The notes under the pieces were generated by a model that was not told the origin of the DNA, did not search any database, and saw nothing but the letters and a program-made list of their open reading frames with translations. Shown in pieces: positions 21,768-32,306 of a DNA stretch of 64,000 bases. Position 1 is the stretch's first letter. Every line of letters begins with the position of its first letter. A program made the translations under genes and the position numbers. The stretch covers positions 5,427-69,426 of the forward strand of contig CANFST010000002.1 of NCBI GenBank assembly GCA_947449695.1, in the 5' to 3' direction. Source of the DNA: Chitinophagales bacterium (GTDB taxonomy: Bacteria; Bacteroidota; Bacteroidia; Chitinophagales; CAIODY01).

Positions 21768-24700
21768 TTAGTGTTGTTGATTATAGTTGTTGCTCACTAC
21801 ATCTGAATTGGTTTTGAAATAAATTGACTTGGTTTGCTTAATTGGATTAGTAGTATTTCTATGATTCACGGGCTTCCATACGCCATTTATTTTTTCTTGT
21901 AAAGCACCAACAATTTCAAACTTGTAACTTGTATTTGCTTTCAATGCATTGGTTGGTGCATTCGCAATACCGCCATTCACCAAAGCATCTATCTTAAATA
22001 ATTTTGCACCTAACTCATCATAGCCTGCATCCATCAATGAAAGAGAAAGTGCCATTGAAACTAAAGGACTTAAACCCATTGTGGCACTACTGTGCATGAC
22101 AGTGGCATTCGTATGTGAATGATTGATTGTAGCTGCGGAATTACTCTGTTGCTGCCTTTGGGTGTTAGTAATTTGCTGTTGTTGATTGCCCCCAGTTACT
22201 GTAGTTGCAGTTTGCCTGTGCACTGTGGTATTTACTGCTCCGAGTGAAGCTTGTGTTGTGGCTGAACTAATCGAATCTTGTGTTAAAGTTGGTGTATAAA
22301 AGGCTCTGAAAGTTCGTACTTTTATTTGACCTGATGATTGTTGTTCTTGCAAAGCAAAAGTATCGTTGTAAGGATAATTTAATAAAACAGAAAAATCAGT
22401 AGTACGTGAAATACCAATACCGCCGTTGCTGGGTGTAAGAATATTGTTGATTAAAACATAACTCAACGAATCACTTACTTTTTGTTGCGTATAAACATTT
22501 TGGTTAGCAACTGCATCTTCTGTTCCTGCACATTGTGTTCCATTTGTAAAATGTTTATGAAATGGAACCGAATAATCACAGATTGAAAAGTCGCCATCTA
22601 ATTGTCCGTCAAAATAAGTTGGATTAGGAAATTCAGCGGTTGCATAAGCACTAGCAGCAACGCTTCCCAGTATCCCCGATGCTGGGTCAAACAAAGGTAA
22701 ATTATAGGAATAGCCAATACTTGCACCAGCATAAACAGCCATACTTGCTTTGGCACGCCATCCTTTGCCAAGCCCGACACAACCAGAATATTGGAGGAAT
22801 GATGCATCAATTTCTCCACCAGCAGCAATGCTGTAGTTAGCTCTTACATATCTGTCGCAACCACATACTTTGCCATGCCAACCTGCAATGTTCCAACTAT
22901 CTGAATTGCTATAATTTAAACCGACACCAAATGCAAATCCTTTCGCCGATTGATATTTATTATCGCCAGTTGCATTATCACTAAATGCAGGAAGATTATG
23001 TCCGATGCTTGTAAATCCATTTACAGTTTCTTGCATAAATCCATGCGGTATATCAATATCGTTTCCAAATTCTAAATAAGAATGAATGCCAATTCCTAAA
23101 ACTTTTACGCCATTTGGTTGAGTGGGTGTACCAAATTTGAAGAACCATTTATTTTGTAATCCATCTAAATGCAATTTTGATTGTATCGCTGCATCGGTTG
23201 ATAAATAAGGGGGTTTGGAGATATTGCACATCAAAGAAGCATCGAATAATTTATGAGGAAAATCGTATCGAACAGTAATTGCTCCGTTGGCAAACGCATC
23301 GGCTTCATGACCAATTTTTGCACCACAATTAAACAAACCATCTATCTGAATAAAATCCATTCCACCATTGGTATTGAATTGTGCATCTAATGCAATACTG
23401 CCGTTAAAAGTTTCTTCTTTGGGCGAAGTAGCCACAATTGCTTTCACTTTAAAGCCAACACTTACTGCATAATCGGGTGTAAAAACAGCGCCGCCAAAAG
23501 TACTGCTTGCCGCCGTGGTCGGGTTAAAAACTGTTGGTGAAGTCATGTGCATTCGGCTGTAAATGCCAGCACCAAAACCTCTGAAAGCAATGCCCGGTAA
23601 AAATACGATACCCGGCGGAGGCAAATTTACTTGTGCTTGCACCATCCAATATTTGAATGCTGGAAGTGTATTGTTAGGAATGTATTTAGTGTTGCCAAAT
23701 ATTGCACCTGCTTGCACTGCAAGATTAAGGGTGGTAAATTTTACAGTAAGGTCGCCTTTAAAAGCATTGCCGTAAGTCAAATCATTTTTATAAAATTGAA
23801 CATTGCCTTTTATTGATGCCGCAGCGATGGTTAAATCAACATGAACATCTTCTACTTTTACACCAATAAATCCTGATTTGATATGCGTTAAAAATCTCCA
23901 ATCTTGCTTTACACTGCTTATTCCAGCAATTGATGTAGTGCCATATCTTGTTGATGCAACAGCACCTTCAATATCAATTTTTGCATCGCCGCTGATGGCA
24001 ACTTTATCCGTACCAATATTCATTTTTGCTTTGAAACAAACTCCACCTTTAAATAAATATTGCGATTCAGCCACACCCGGAATGATGGGTTCTATTTTAG
24101 GAACTATATCAGTAATTGTAAAAGCAAATTTGCAGATTTTTTTTTGTGGACTTGCAAATGACCAATTGCCTGTGTTGAATGTAAAATGTTCGGTTGCATT
24201 TTTTTGATATGTCATGCCCATGTGTTCAAAATCGCAGGATAAATCTAAATCGAGAGGGATGCTGCCGCTTGGGTCAAGTATGTGTCCTGTTGGGTAATAA
24301 AGTTTTCCATTTAAATCAACACTCAAAGCTATTTGCCTTTTGCAACCAGCAGTTTTTGAAATCGTAAGACTGATTAAAGATGTTTTTTTAATCTGCAATT
24401 GTCCATCACCAAAAAACTTACTTTTTATTTCATGGTTAGGAGATAATGTAAGATACAAGGATGAAGTGTTTGCCGTAGCTGTGTTCGATGGTAAAAATAT
24501 GGCTTTGTAATTAATCGCATTTGAAACATTATCAGATGAACTGATTGGTAATGTGATTTGCCCAAGCATCTCGGCTTTTGTTACTGCATTGTTGATGAAA
24601 TTCACTCTTACAGTATCAATGCTTGCACCCAAATTTCCAACATTTGCAACAGGATAATTGATGATATTATATGCTCCAAATGCAGCCGACAAGCCATGTT

Positions 24701-26855
24701 TGTCAATAATTAAATCATGTACATTAACTCTTATTTTTTTTGTTGTATCAGCATAACTTCTTACTTCGTCAGGCAGGGTTAAGAATAAATCTTTGATAAA
24801 AAAACCTGTGAACATTTCATCTGTTTGTCCATTATAACCAGTTGGAAACTCCATGTCAGCAGCGTTGTTATTTTCCGAATGGTCAAATGTGATGGCTGAT
24901 GCTTGAATACCCAAACCGTTTGTATTCGGGATGGTACAGGCTGGTAAATTTCCTTCCAATACAAAATCATTCCATTTAGAAAATTGCGCCTGAAAATTAA
25001 TAGCAACATTTTTTGAAGCTGTATCTTCCGGTATCAACCAAGCCTTTGGTAATTGAACATCGGCATCAAATTTATAAGTCCAAAAATCATTAGGGTCGCC
25101 AAATTTTATTCCATTGCCAATATGTGTGCTATCATCTGTATTAAAAGTCATTTTCAACGAATCGGCATCGTTTGCAGTTTGCCCAACTCGGGCATAACGA
25201 AATGTAATGGACTGTTTTAACTTTATTTCGCCATTGATGGAATGTAAACCTGCATTAGTAAATTGTATTCCGCTACCCTCCAAAGCAATAGCATCAGTGC
25301 CATACATGATGCTGTTATTTTTAAAAATTCCTTTTGTGTTCAATGATGCAATCACATCAAATTCAGCATGCTCAGGGTTGAAAACCATTTCTGTAAATCC
25401 AATTGCATTTAATGAATCGCCATTTGTAAAATAACCAATAGGCATTGTTTTAGCAGCCGAACCCATTGCGTTTACATCGTTTGCGGCTGTAACCAATGGC
25501 TTATTTATTTTGTTCCATCGAATGTAGGATGCAACTGCTTTTATTTTTGAGGAAGTCCAAGCGCCAACGCCATTGCCCATTGCCAATGTATTCCATTGCG
25601 AAGGATAAGATTGAGATGGGTCGGAAATGGAATAAATTTTTCCGCTGCACAAATGATTGTTGCTATTAATTTTGATACTATCGAATCGCACTTTAATTTT
25701 TCCTAACCATTTTACATACACAGTTCCTTTGCCCGACAAAGAATCATTTCTGCCTTTTGGTTTTTGGGTAAGAATTAAATCAAAATTATCTGATAAATGA
25801 ATGATAGAAGCCGAATCGAATATTGCAGTAGAAATAGAACCGCAAGTATTTATAGCGGCTGAATTAGTTGATGTTGTTGAACTTCGATGATGACCATGAT
25901 TTTTTGTTGAGTCTGTTTTTATGCTTTTATTTCCATTATTTTGTTGGGTTGCTGTGTTGCCATTATTGCCATTTGTTGTGAGCATTCTTTTTGTATTCGC
26001 TCCTAATTTATATTGAAATGAACACACATCACTCAAGCCATTATTCTTCAATAAAAATCCGGGTGCAACTGTCTGAACTTGCAACGCATAAGTTGCTCCA
26101 TTTTTCCAAACAATATTGTTTGATTGGGTAATCACAAAAAGTGGCGCAGCAATATTCGATTGATTTAAAACTACATTAATGCCTGCACCAGCATTGTTCA
26201 TAGCATCTTGTGGTGTTGCACCTTCGGGTACTTCTACCATTGTTAAATGATATTTTATGTTGGGTGCAGCTGCTGCATTCCACTGAATGATGACAGGTTG
26301 TTGTGCATTTAAAACATTTAATTCTTCGCCACAAGTAGGCATTGTTATTTGCGATTGAGGCACTTCATAAATACTAAATGTTGGACACGATTGACCCAAC
26401 AAAACATCGGTTGCATAATCATATACATAAACACATTCCGTATAATTTCCTTCAGGAAAACTGGGTTGGTAAATCAATTTATCTTTCTCAAATCCAATGA
26501 AATGAACATCATTGCCCGACATATCTTTGGTAAGTTGGTTGTAATTATTTCTATCAAAAATTACTGTTCTGCCAATTCCTGCTGGAATATCAATCGCTGT
26601 TTTTGGTTTGTAACCAGTTGTTGTATTATCGGCACCATAAGCAGCATCATCACGTTTTATTTCAGTTAATACATACACCTTTTGCGCATCAACACTCATG
26701 TTGGTAATAATTAGTCGAACTTTATTTGTGCCGTTTCCAATGTAATCATTCACCAAATTGCTTTGTGGTGGGTCAAGAATCAGTTGCACATTTACTTGAG
26801 CATTTGCGAAGTGTATTAAAAATATCAAAACGGAAAGTGTAATTATTTTTTTCAT
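21768..26855 (-). CDS. Large secreted beta-rich protein with TANFOR-like N-terminal domain
   Basis: Signal peptide; N-terminal VQLILDPP...DY...FPEGNYTECVYVYDY resembles the TANFOR domain; long Gly/aromatic beta-rich body; Gln/Thr/His-rich linkers; no T9SS CTD recognised. Confidence 0.6.
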   Translation of the reverse strand: MKKIITLSVLIFLIHFANAQVNVQLILDPPQSNLVNDYIGNGTNKVRLIITNMSVDAQKVYVLTEIKRDDAAYGADNTTTGYKPKTAIDIPAGIGRTVIFDRNNYNQLTKDMSGNDVHFIGFEKDKLIYQPSFPEGNYTECVYVYDYATDVLLGQSCPTFSIYEVPQSQITMPTCGEELNVLNAQQPVIIQWNAAAAPNIKYHLTMVEVPEGATPQDAMNNAGAGINVVLNQSNIAAPLFVITQSNNIVWKNGATYALQVQTVAPGFLLKNNGLSDVCSFQYKLGANTKRMLTTNGNNGNTATQQNNGNKSIKTDSTKNHGHHRSSTTSTNSAAINTCGSISTAIFDSASIIHLSDNFDLILTQKPKGRNDSLSGKGTVYVKWLGKIKVRFDSIKINSNNHLCSGKIYSISDPSQSYPSQWNTLAMGNGVGAWTSSKIKAVASYIRWNKINKPLVTAANDVNAMGSAAKTMPIGYFTNGDSLNAIGFTEMVFNPEHAEFDVIASLNTKGIFKNNSIMYGTDAIALEGSGIQFTNAGLHSINGEIKLKQSITFRYARVGQTANDADSLKMTFNTDDSTHIGNGIKFGDPNDFWTYKFDADVQLPKAWLIPEDTASKNVAINFQAQFSKWNDFVLEGNLPACTIPNTNGLGIQASAITFDHSENNNAADMEFPTGYNGQTDEMFTGFFIKDLFLTLPDEVRSYADTTKKIRVNVHDLIIDKHGLSAAFGAYNIINYPVANVGNLGASIDTVRVNFINNAVTKAEMLGQITLPISSSDNVSNAINYKAIFLPSNTATANTSSLYLTLSPNHEIKSKFFGDGQLQIKKTSLISLTISKTAGCKRQIALSVDLNGKLYYPTGHILDPSGSIPLDLDLSCDFEHMGMTYQKNATEHFTFNTGNWSFASPQKKICKFAFTITDIVPKIEPIIPGVAESQYLFKGGVCFKAKMNIGTDKVAISGDAKIDIEGAVASTRYGTTSIAGISSVKQDWRFLTHIKSGFIGVKVEDVHVDLTIAAASIKGNVQFYKNDLTYGNAFKGDLTVKFTTLNLAVQAGAIFGNTKYIPNNTLPAFKYWMVQAQVNLPPPGIVFLPGIAFRGFGAGIYSRMHMTSPTVFNPTTAASSTFGGAVFTPDYAVSVGFKVKAIVATSPKEETFNGSIALDAQFNTNGGMDFIQIDGLFNCGAKIGHEADAFANGAITVRYDFPHKLFDASLMCNISKPPYLSTDAAIQSKLHLDGLQNKWFFKFGTPTQPNGVKVLGIGIHSYLEFGNDIDIPHGFMQETVNGFTSIGHNLPAFSDNATGDNKYQSAKGFAFGVGLNYSNSDSWNIAGWHGKVCGCDRYVRANYSIAAGGEIDASFLQYSGCVGLGKGWRAKASMAVYAGASIGYSYNLPLFDPASGILGSVAASAYATAEFPNPTYFDGQLDGDFSICDYSVPFHKHFTNGTQCAGTEDAVANQNVYTQQKVSDSLSYVLINNILTPSNGGIGISRTTDFSVLLNYPYNDTFALQEQQSSGQIKVRTFRAFYTPTLTQDSISSATTQASLGAVNTTVHRQTATTVTGGNQQQQITNTQRQQQSNSAATINHSHTNATVMHSSATMGLSPLVSMALSLSLMDAGYDELGAKLFKIDALVNGGIANAPTNALKANTSYKFEIVGALQEKINGVWKPVNHRNTTNPIKQTKSIYFKTNSDVVSNNYNQQH

Positions 26856-26864
26856 AAAAATCAG

Positions 26865-28565
26865 TTAGAATGAATAGGTGTATGAGGTAAGGAAATGCAA
26901 GTTTGTATAGTTGGAATACGATTGGATGAAATTTATTCCGCCGCTGAAATTAAAGCTGTGATGCTTGTTTGGCACATAACTAAGATTTAAATTGTTTACA
27001 AATGAAGTGCTAATCAATTGTTGATTTTGCAAACTTTGCTGAAGCCCATTGCTATAACCAATTGATAATTTGTTTTCAAAAAAAGATTTATTAGCTGATA
27101 AATTGATACCCTGATTATTTGAATTGCTATAAGCCGAATTAAACTGACTGTAAGTAATTCCGCCTGAAATTCCGTATCCTTTTTTTAAGTTGGTGTACAC
27201 GTTAGTAATCATTGCAACAAGAATATTATTTTGATTGGCTGCCGCATTCAAACCAGTTGTAGTTGAAAATTGATTAGTAACCAGACCAATAACTGTGTTC
27301 GAAAAATTTGTTTTGATAATCGTAAAATGTGGCGAAACTGAAATGCCTTGATTGTTGATGCGTTGCAAAATAGAGTCGCTAAAAGTGGCTACTGTCTTCA
27401 CTTGTCGGTTCGTGAAAATATTGTATGATAAATCAATACCCCATTTGTTGGATGGATTAATGGCAATGTTGCAATTACCACTATTTCTAAAAACCGTTAC
27501 AGCTTTTTGATTCATCACATTATTTTTATCTGCCGTTATTCCGCTGCTAAATCTGATCTTATTTTTTAGCAATGGAAAAGATAATTGTGCTTTGCCTCCC
27601 ATATCGTCAGCCAAATAACTAACAATACCAAGTGAACGATAAAACGGAGAAATAAATCGATAGCCAGTTTTGAAACTGAAACTTTTATTAACGTAGGCTA
27701 CATTAGTTTCGGCTGCGCCTTGCAACAAAGTAGAATATCGAGGTGTGATAATATTTTGAAGAAAACTATTGATTGAATTGTTAGAAGATGAAATTTCATT
27801 GCTTCTGATATCGCTCGTAAATGCTGATAATGCTGCATTGCTTTGCCATGTGATGTGTTTGAAAAATTTGAATTGCGAATTAAATCCGCCAACTGCATTT
27901 TCTTGTCCTTTTAATGCTGTATCTTTTATTGCCGTTGGAATAGAATGAATATCATCGGCAATGTGTAAATAAACCAAATCAAAAAAATTATTTTTCGTTC
28001 CCAGTCCAATTCTAGCAGCATAGCCCATTCGCTTATAACTTGCTCCCAAATAATTTTTAGGTTTGTTAGATGTAGTATCTTCTGCTTGCGCTTTTTTAAA
28101 TTCACCATAAATAATTCCTGCTCTAAATTTCTTTGGATTTATTTCAATGCCACCGCCCAAAAAAGTTTGTCCATTTAAAATAAATGGTGAAAATGAAATG
28201 CTTCGCCAACCTAAATGCAGAGTTACCCATTTATAAGTTGGCGACATGCCATATCGTTGAAATAATTTAGGTTTTGAAAAACTGAATTTTGTATCTGCAA
28301 AGGTGGCTGAAAGCGGAATGCTCCAGCCGTATATTTTCATATTGACACTTGCAAAAGCATTCCAATAGAATGGCGTTGGCGATTGTTGGCTTACTTCACT
28401 TGATGAAACCCAATTGGAAGCAACACCAATGCTACCATTTATCACAAATGGTTTTTGCGATTTCAAAGCAGATAAATCTTGACTTGTTGCGCTCAAACAG
28501 CAACAGCAGATTATCACTAGGAAAAAAATAATTTTTGCAAATTTTATTTCAAAAAGAAATTTCAA
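26865..28565 (-). CDS. Predicted outer-membrane beta-barrel protein
   Basis: Signal peptide, alternating amphipathic strands, YGMSPTYKWVTLHLG, terminal YTYSF. Confidence 0.7.
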   Translation of the reverse strand: MKFLFEIKFAKIIFFLVIICCCCLSATSQDLSALKSQKPFVINGSIGVASNWVSSSEVSQQSPTPFYWNAFASVNMKIYGWSIPLSATFADTKFSFSKPKLFQRYGMSPTYKWVTLHLGWRSISFSPFILNGQTFLGGGIEINPKKFRAGIIYGEFKKAQAEDTTSNKPKNYLGASYKRMGYAARIGLGTKNNFFDLVYLHIADDIHSIPTAIKDTALKGQENAVGGFNSQFKFFKHITWQSNAALSAFTSDIRSNEISSSNNSINSFLQNIITPRYSTLLQGAAETNVAYVNKSFSFKTGYRFISPFYRSLGIVSYLADDMGGKAQLSFPLLKNKIRFSSGITADKNNVMNQKAVTVFRNSGNCNIAINPSNKWGIDLSYNIFTNRQVKTVATFSDSILQRINNQGISVSPHFTIIKTNFSNTVIGLVTNQFSTTTGLNAAANQNNILVAMITNVYTNLKKGYGISGGITYSQFNSAYSNSNNQGINLSANKSFFENKLSIGYSNGLQQSLQNQQLISTSFVNNLNLSYVPNKHHSFNFSGGINFIQSYSNYTNLHFLTSYTYSF

Positions 28566-28650
28566 AAGTTGGATTAGGTTTGGTTTTTTGCTGCAATCAA
28601 TTATTGCATTGCAATTTCCGCAAACCTATTGGTGAAAAAGGTTTCACACA

Positions 28651-28668
28651 ATTACCATTTATGGTAAT
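28651..28668. promoter_or_regulatory. Palindromic operator candidate for the NarL-type regulator, upstream of minus-strand -7 box TAGGTTTG (28621-28628)
   Basis: Perfect 8-2-8 inverted repeat ATTACCAT-TT-ATGGTAAT. Confidence 0.55.
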
Positions 28669-28720
28669 ACAATTTATAAAAAGAAGAAATCGGGAAAATG
28701 TTTTAGAAAAATCGGATGGA

Positions 28721-29344
28721 TTATTTCGGGAATGCTTTATTCAATGCCTCTACTTTATTTTGAACTTGCAATTTTTGGTAGATGTTTTGGATGTGCTTTT
28801 TTACTGTTTCATAACCTACTTCAAGCGTAACAGCAATTTCTTTGTACAAAAAACCTTTAGCAAGCAAATCAAGAATTTGCTTTTCTCTATCGGTAAGTAT
28901 TTCGATAGTTTCATTCTTTTTGTTTTGCAAGGACACCACCACTCTTCTAGCAATTTCGGGGCTCATCGGCGAACCACCTTGGTGCATTTCCAAAATCAAA
29001 TCTAATAATTGTGCTGGCGAAGTTCGTTTTAAAATATAACCCGTTGCACCAGCTTTTAATGCGTTAAAAATATTTTCATCATCATCAAAAACGGTTACCA
29101 TCATAAAATGTGTAGCAGGCATTTTAGTTTTTAAAATGGCAACTGCTTCAATACCCGAAATACCCGGCATGTTAATATCCATCAACACAACATCCAATTT
29201 TAATTTGGGAAGTTCATCCATTGCTTCGGTTGCAGATGGATAAGCATTTAGGCAAGTATATCCATTGGAGCCATTAATGAGCGTACGCATGGCTTCACGG
29301 ATTTCGTTATTATCTTCCACTATTGCCACTGTAATATTTTCCAT
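28721..29344 (-). CDS. NarL/LuxR-family response regulator
   Basis: IVEDN, LMDINMPG, GATGYILK; HTH LTDREKQIL...YKEIA...TVKKHIQNIYQKL. Confidence 0.93.
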   Translation of the reverse strand: MENITVAIVEDNNEIREAMRTLINGSNGYTCLNAYPSATEAMDELPKLKLDVVLMDINMPGISGIEAVAILKTKMPATHFMMVTVFDDDENIFNALKAGATGYILKRTSPAQLLDLILEMHQGGSPMSPEIARRVVVSLQNKKNETIEILTDREKQILDLLAKGFLYKEIAVTLEVGYETVKKHIQNIYQKLQVQNKVEALNKAFPK

Positions 29345-29395
29345 CTTTATTTTTAGATTAATGGGTAAAACTACACCACATTAAATTTCAAATTC

Positions 29396-29413
29396 ATTCC
29401 CATTTAGGGTAAT
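29396..29413. promoter_or_regulatory. Second copy of the palindromic operator, upstream of the response regulator gene
   Basis: ATTCCCATTTAGGGTAAT, 16/18 identical to 28651-28668. Confidence 0.5.
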
Positions 29414-29417
29414 GCTT

Positions 29418-32306
29418 TTATTTTTTTATTGGAATGGAAATTTCTATTCGTGTTCCATCTTCATTTTTTATAGAAAATTTTCCATCCACCTCTTTCATTC
29501 GTTTTGCCATATTAATTAAGCCATTACCAAAGGCCGATGATTTTGAGCCATCAATTCCTTTTCCATTATCATGAATAATGATGCTAAAAAAATGCGTACT
29601 CATTTCAAACGAAATTCTTACTACATCTGCATTTGAATGTTTCAAAACGTTGTGCAACGCTTCTTTTACTACCAAAAAAATATTCCGTCTTGTTATTCCT
29701 TCAATATTAATTGACGGAATAAAATCGGGTGTGTTTACCAAACATTTTATGGTTGTATTTTCAAAAAATTCAACAGCATATTTTCTTGTGTAAGCAATCA
29801 AATTATTCAATTGGTCATTTTTTTCATTCATCGACCAAATAATATTTCCCATTTGCTCTACCATTTCTTTGCTCGAACGTGAAATGTTTTCTAAATGAAG
29901 TTTCGTATCGCCATCAGCCGAATCCTGATTTATCATGTCACTTAAGAAAGAAATTTTTGATAAACCCGAACCTAAATCATCGTGCATTTCCGAACTGATT
30001 CTTGCCCTATCGGCTGCAATGGCAATGTGTTGGTCTAATTTCTTTTTTAATTGATAGCGATATAAACTATACACAATGGTTGCTATCAATGCAATTATGA
30101 ATAATCTAAACCACCATGTTTCCCAATAAGGTTTGTTGATTGTAAATGAAAAAGTTGCATGGTCATTTACCCATGTGCCATTTCCTTTGCGCACTTGTAC
30201 AGCAAATGTATAGGAGCCGGGCATTAAGCCCGAATAAACTACAGCATTTGAAAATGTAGTGTTCCAACCAGTATCAGTAGGAACTAATTGATAGCGATAT
30301 TGCAATGATTTAGCATTGCGAAATGATAAGCCGTTATAAGTTATTCTGATGTTATTTTCATAGTAAGCAAGTGTGTAATTCGATTTCCAATCAACGTTTG
30401 TATTGTTTATCTCCAATTGAGTGATATATACTTTGGGCGATTCAATTGGTGTGTTTAAATCAGCTTCATTAAGTATTAATAAGCCTTTATCGGTACTCAA
30501 TAATATTTCACCATTGCTTGCTGATACTGAAAAAATAGAACCACATAATAAACCATTGCTGGGGTTATAATTTTTTATTTCTACAACATTTTTTTTGTTC
30601 ATCGTAATTACCGACAAGCCGTTATTCAATCCTAAATAAATTTTTTGTGAAGTAGAATCGTAATACAAACTTGTGCAAACATTGCTTTGCAAGCCGTTGG
30701 TCGTATTTATAAATTTAATTTTACCCTCCGTAATTATTGCAAGCCCATTATATCGGGTAGTAACCAGCATAGTTCCGTCTTTTATTTTGCTGATGTCGTC
30801 TATCCAACCGGCAAACGATTTTATTTCATGATGAAAAGGAATCAGCGAATCGTTTTTCCAGATAAAAAGTCCTTTCTCTGTACCTAGCCATATTTCATTA
30901 GCAGCCTTTTCACAAATAGAATAAATCCGAAAAGCATTACCCCACTTAGAACTAAATGTTATAAACTGTGATTTGCCATTTTTGTATTTCGTAAATCCAT
31001 TAAACCCACCAGCTATTATGGTTCCATTAATACCAATAGCTAATGATTTCGAAGCAGCATCTAAAGTGCAAAGGTTTTTTAATGTAGTTTCTTGTTGCAG
31101 AAAAATATTTTTCTGACTTAGTATATATGCTCCATTACTCCCGTCATTAATTATTTTTCGCACTTCGCCAGCTTTCATATTTACCGACTTCTCAATTTTA
31201 TTCTTGGCATCAATGATATGTACATAGCCATTTGTAGTTCCACAGATTATTCTGCCATCATTCATTCGCAAAGCAGCAGTAATGTTATTATCCTGCAAGC
31301 CCGATGATTTATCAAACAATTTAATAGTTAATGCTGGCACCATCAGCAAGCCTTCGCCTTTCGTTGCAAACCAAAAATTTCTATCCTTATCCTGATAAAT
31401 ATTATTGATAGCTATGCCTTCAAAATATTGATGTACATCAGTTAGTATTGCCTTGTCATCAATTTTAAATCGGTACAAATTAGTGTTATCTGTATTCCAA
31501 AAATAACCTTCTCTGTCGGCTATTATCACACATCCATTTTTATTGCTGATGGATTTTTGATTGCCCAAATAACTGAACCTATGATGTTGATAGGAATACA
31601 TACCTGCATCAGCTACTATAAGTAATACATCACTTGCATTATTATAATAGCTAAAAAAACGACTATGGATATTCACTTTCAAAACAGCAGCGTTTATGTT
31701 TTTTCCATCATCAATAAAGTTGTTTGTTTGAGTGATTAAAACAGAACTATCTTTTTTTTCAAAAATGTTGTTAGAAAATCCGTGTTTATAAATTTGCAAC
31801 ATGGTATCTTTTAATACATAAATGTTTTTTTCATTTGCATTAATCAAAATATCGCCATTATATAAAGGCGTAAAAGCAACAGCATAATGTTTAAATTCTA
31901 ATTGATTTAACCATGGCGTATTGCTGCTATTGTGCACCATTCCATCGGCATAATACGACATTGGCCCTGTGAATGATTTAAACCAAATGCGCCCCCGTTT
32001 ATCTTCAATCACCATCAATACTTCATTATCGGGCAAGCCATTTTCGATAGTGAAATTTTCAAATCGAGTGCCATCAAATTTTGATGCGCCTTTATCAGTA
32101 GCCACCCATATATAGCCTTTTGAATCTTGTGTGATTTGATAAATTAAATTGCTGGGCAAGCCATCATCTACCGTGAATTTTTTGTAAGGTGGATTTTGGG
32201 CAAAACAATTGTTACAGAAAAATAAAACCAATAATACAAAGCCGCATGGTATTATGGCTTTGGTAACGATGCCCGTAGGTAAGCCGATTATTTTTTTACT
32301 TGCCAT
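29418..32306 (-). CDS. Sensor histidine kinase with periplasmic beta-propeller and Y_Y_Y domain (HisKA_3 type)
   Basis: DGLPSNLI..QDSKGYIW propeller repeats, YQLVPTDTGW...LMPGSYTF, TM PYWETWWF, RISSEMHDDLGSGL, KEALHNVLKHS, DNGKG, GNGL. Confidence 0.9.
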   Translation of the reverse strand: MASKKIIGLPTGIVTKAIIPCGFVLLVLFFCNNCFAQNPPYKKFTVDDGLPSNLIYQITQDSKGYIWVATDKGASKFDGTRFENFTIENGLPDNEVLMVIEDKRGRIWFKSFTGPMSYYADGMVHNSSNTPWLNQLEFKHYAVAFTPLYNGDILINANEKNIYVLKDTMLQIYKHGFSNNIFEKKDSSVLITQTNNFIDDGKNINAAVLKVNIHSRFFSYYNNASDVLLIVADAGMYSYQHHRFSYLGNQKSISNKNGCVIIADREGYFWNTDNTNLYRFKIDDKAILTDVHQYFEGIAINNIYQDKDRNFWFATKGEGLLMVPALTIKLFDKSSGLQDNNITAALRMNDGRIICGTTNGYVHIIDAKNKIEKSVNMKAGEVRKIINDGSNGAYILSQKNIFLQQETTLKNLCTLDAASKSLAIGINGTIIAGGFNGFTKYKNGKSQFITFSSKWGNAFRIYSICEKAANEIWLGTEKGLFIWKNDSLIPFHHEIKSFAGWIDDISKIKDGTMLVTTRYNGLAIITEGKIKFINTTNGLQSNVCTSLYYDSTSQKIYLGLNNGLSVITMNKKNVVEIKNYNPSNGLLCGSIFSVSASNGEILLSTDKGLLILNEADLNTPIESPKVYITQLEINNTNVDWKSNYTLAYYENNIRITYNGLSFRNAKSLQYRYQLVPTDTGWNTTFSNAVVYSGLMPGSYTFAVQVRKGNGTWVNDHATFSFTINKPYWETWWFRLFIIALIATIVYSLYRYQLKKKLDQHIAIAADRARISSEMHDDLGSGLSKISFLSDMINQDSADGDTKLHLENISRSSKEMVEQMGNIIWSMNEKNDQLNNLIAYTRKYAVEFFENTTIKCLVNTPDFIPSINIEGITRRNIFLVVKEALHNVLKHSNADVVRISFEMSTHFFSIIIHDNGKGIDGSKSSAFGNGLINMAKRMKEVDGKFSIKNEDGTRIEISIPIKK

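Noticed and set aside
28535-29005. 156-aa plus-strand ORF
   Set aside because: Antisense to the response regulator; looks like a shadow ORF typical of the reverse strand of LuxR HTH genes
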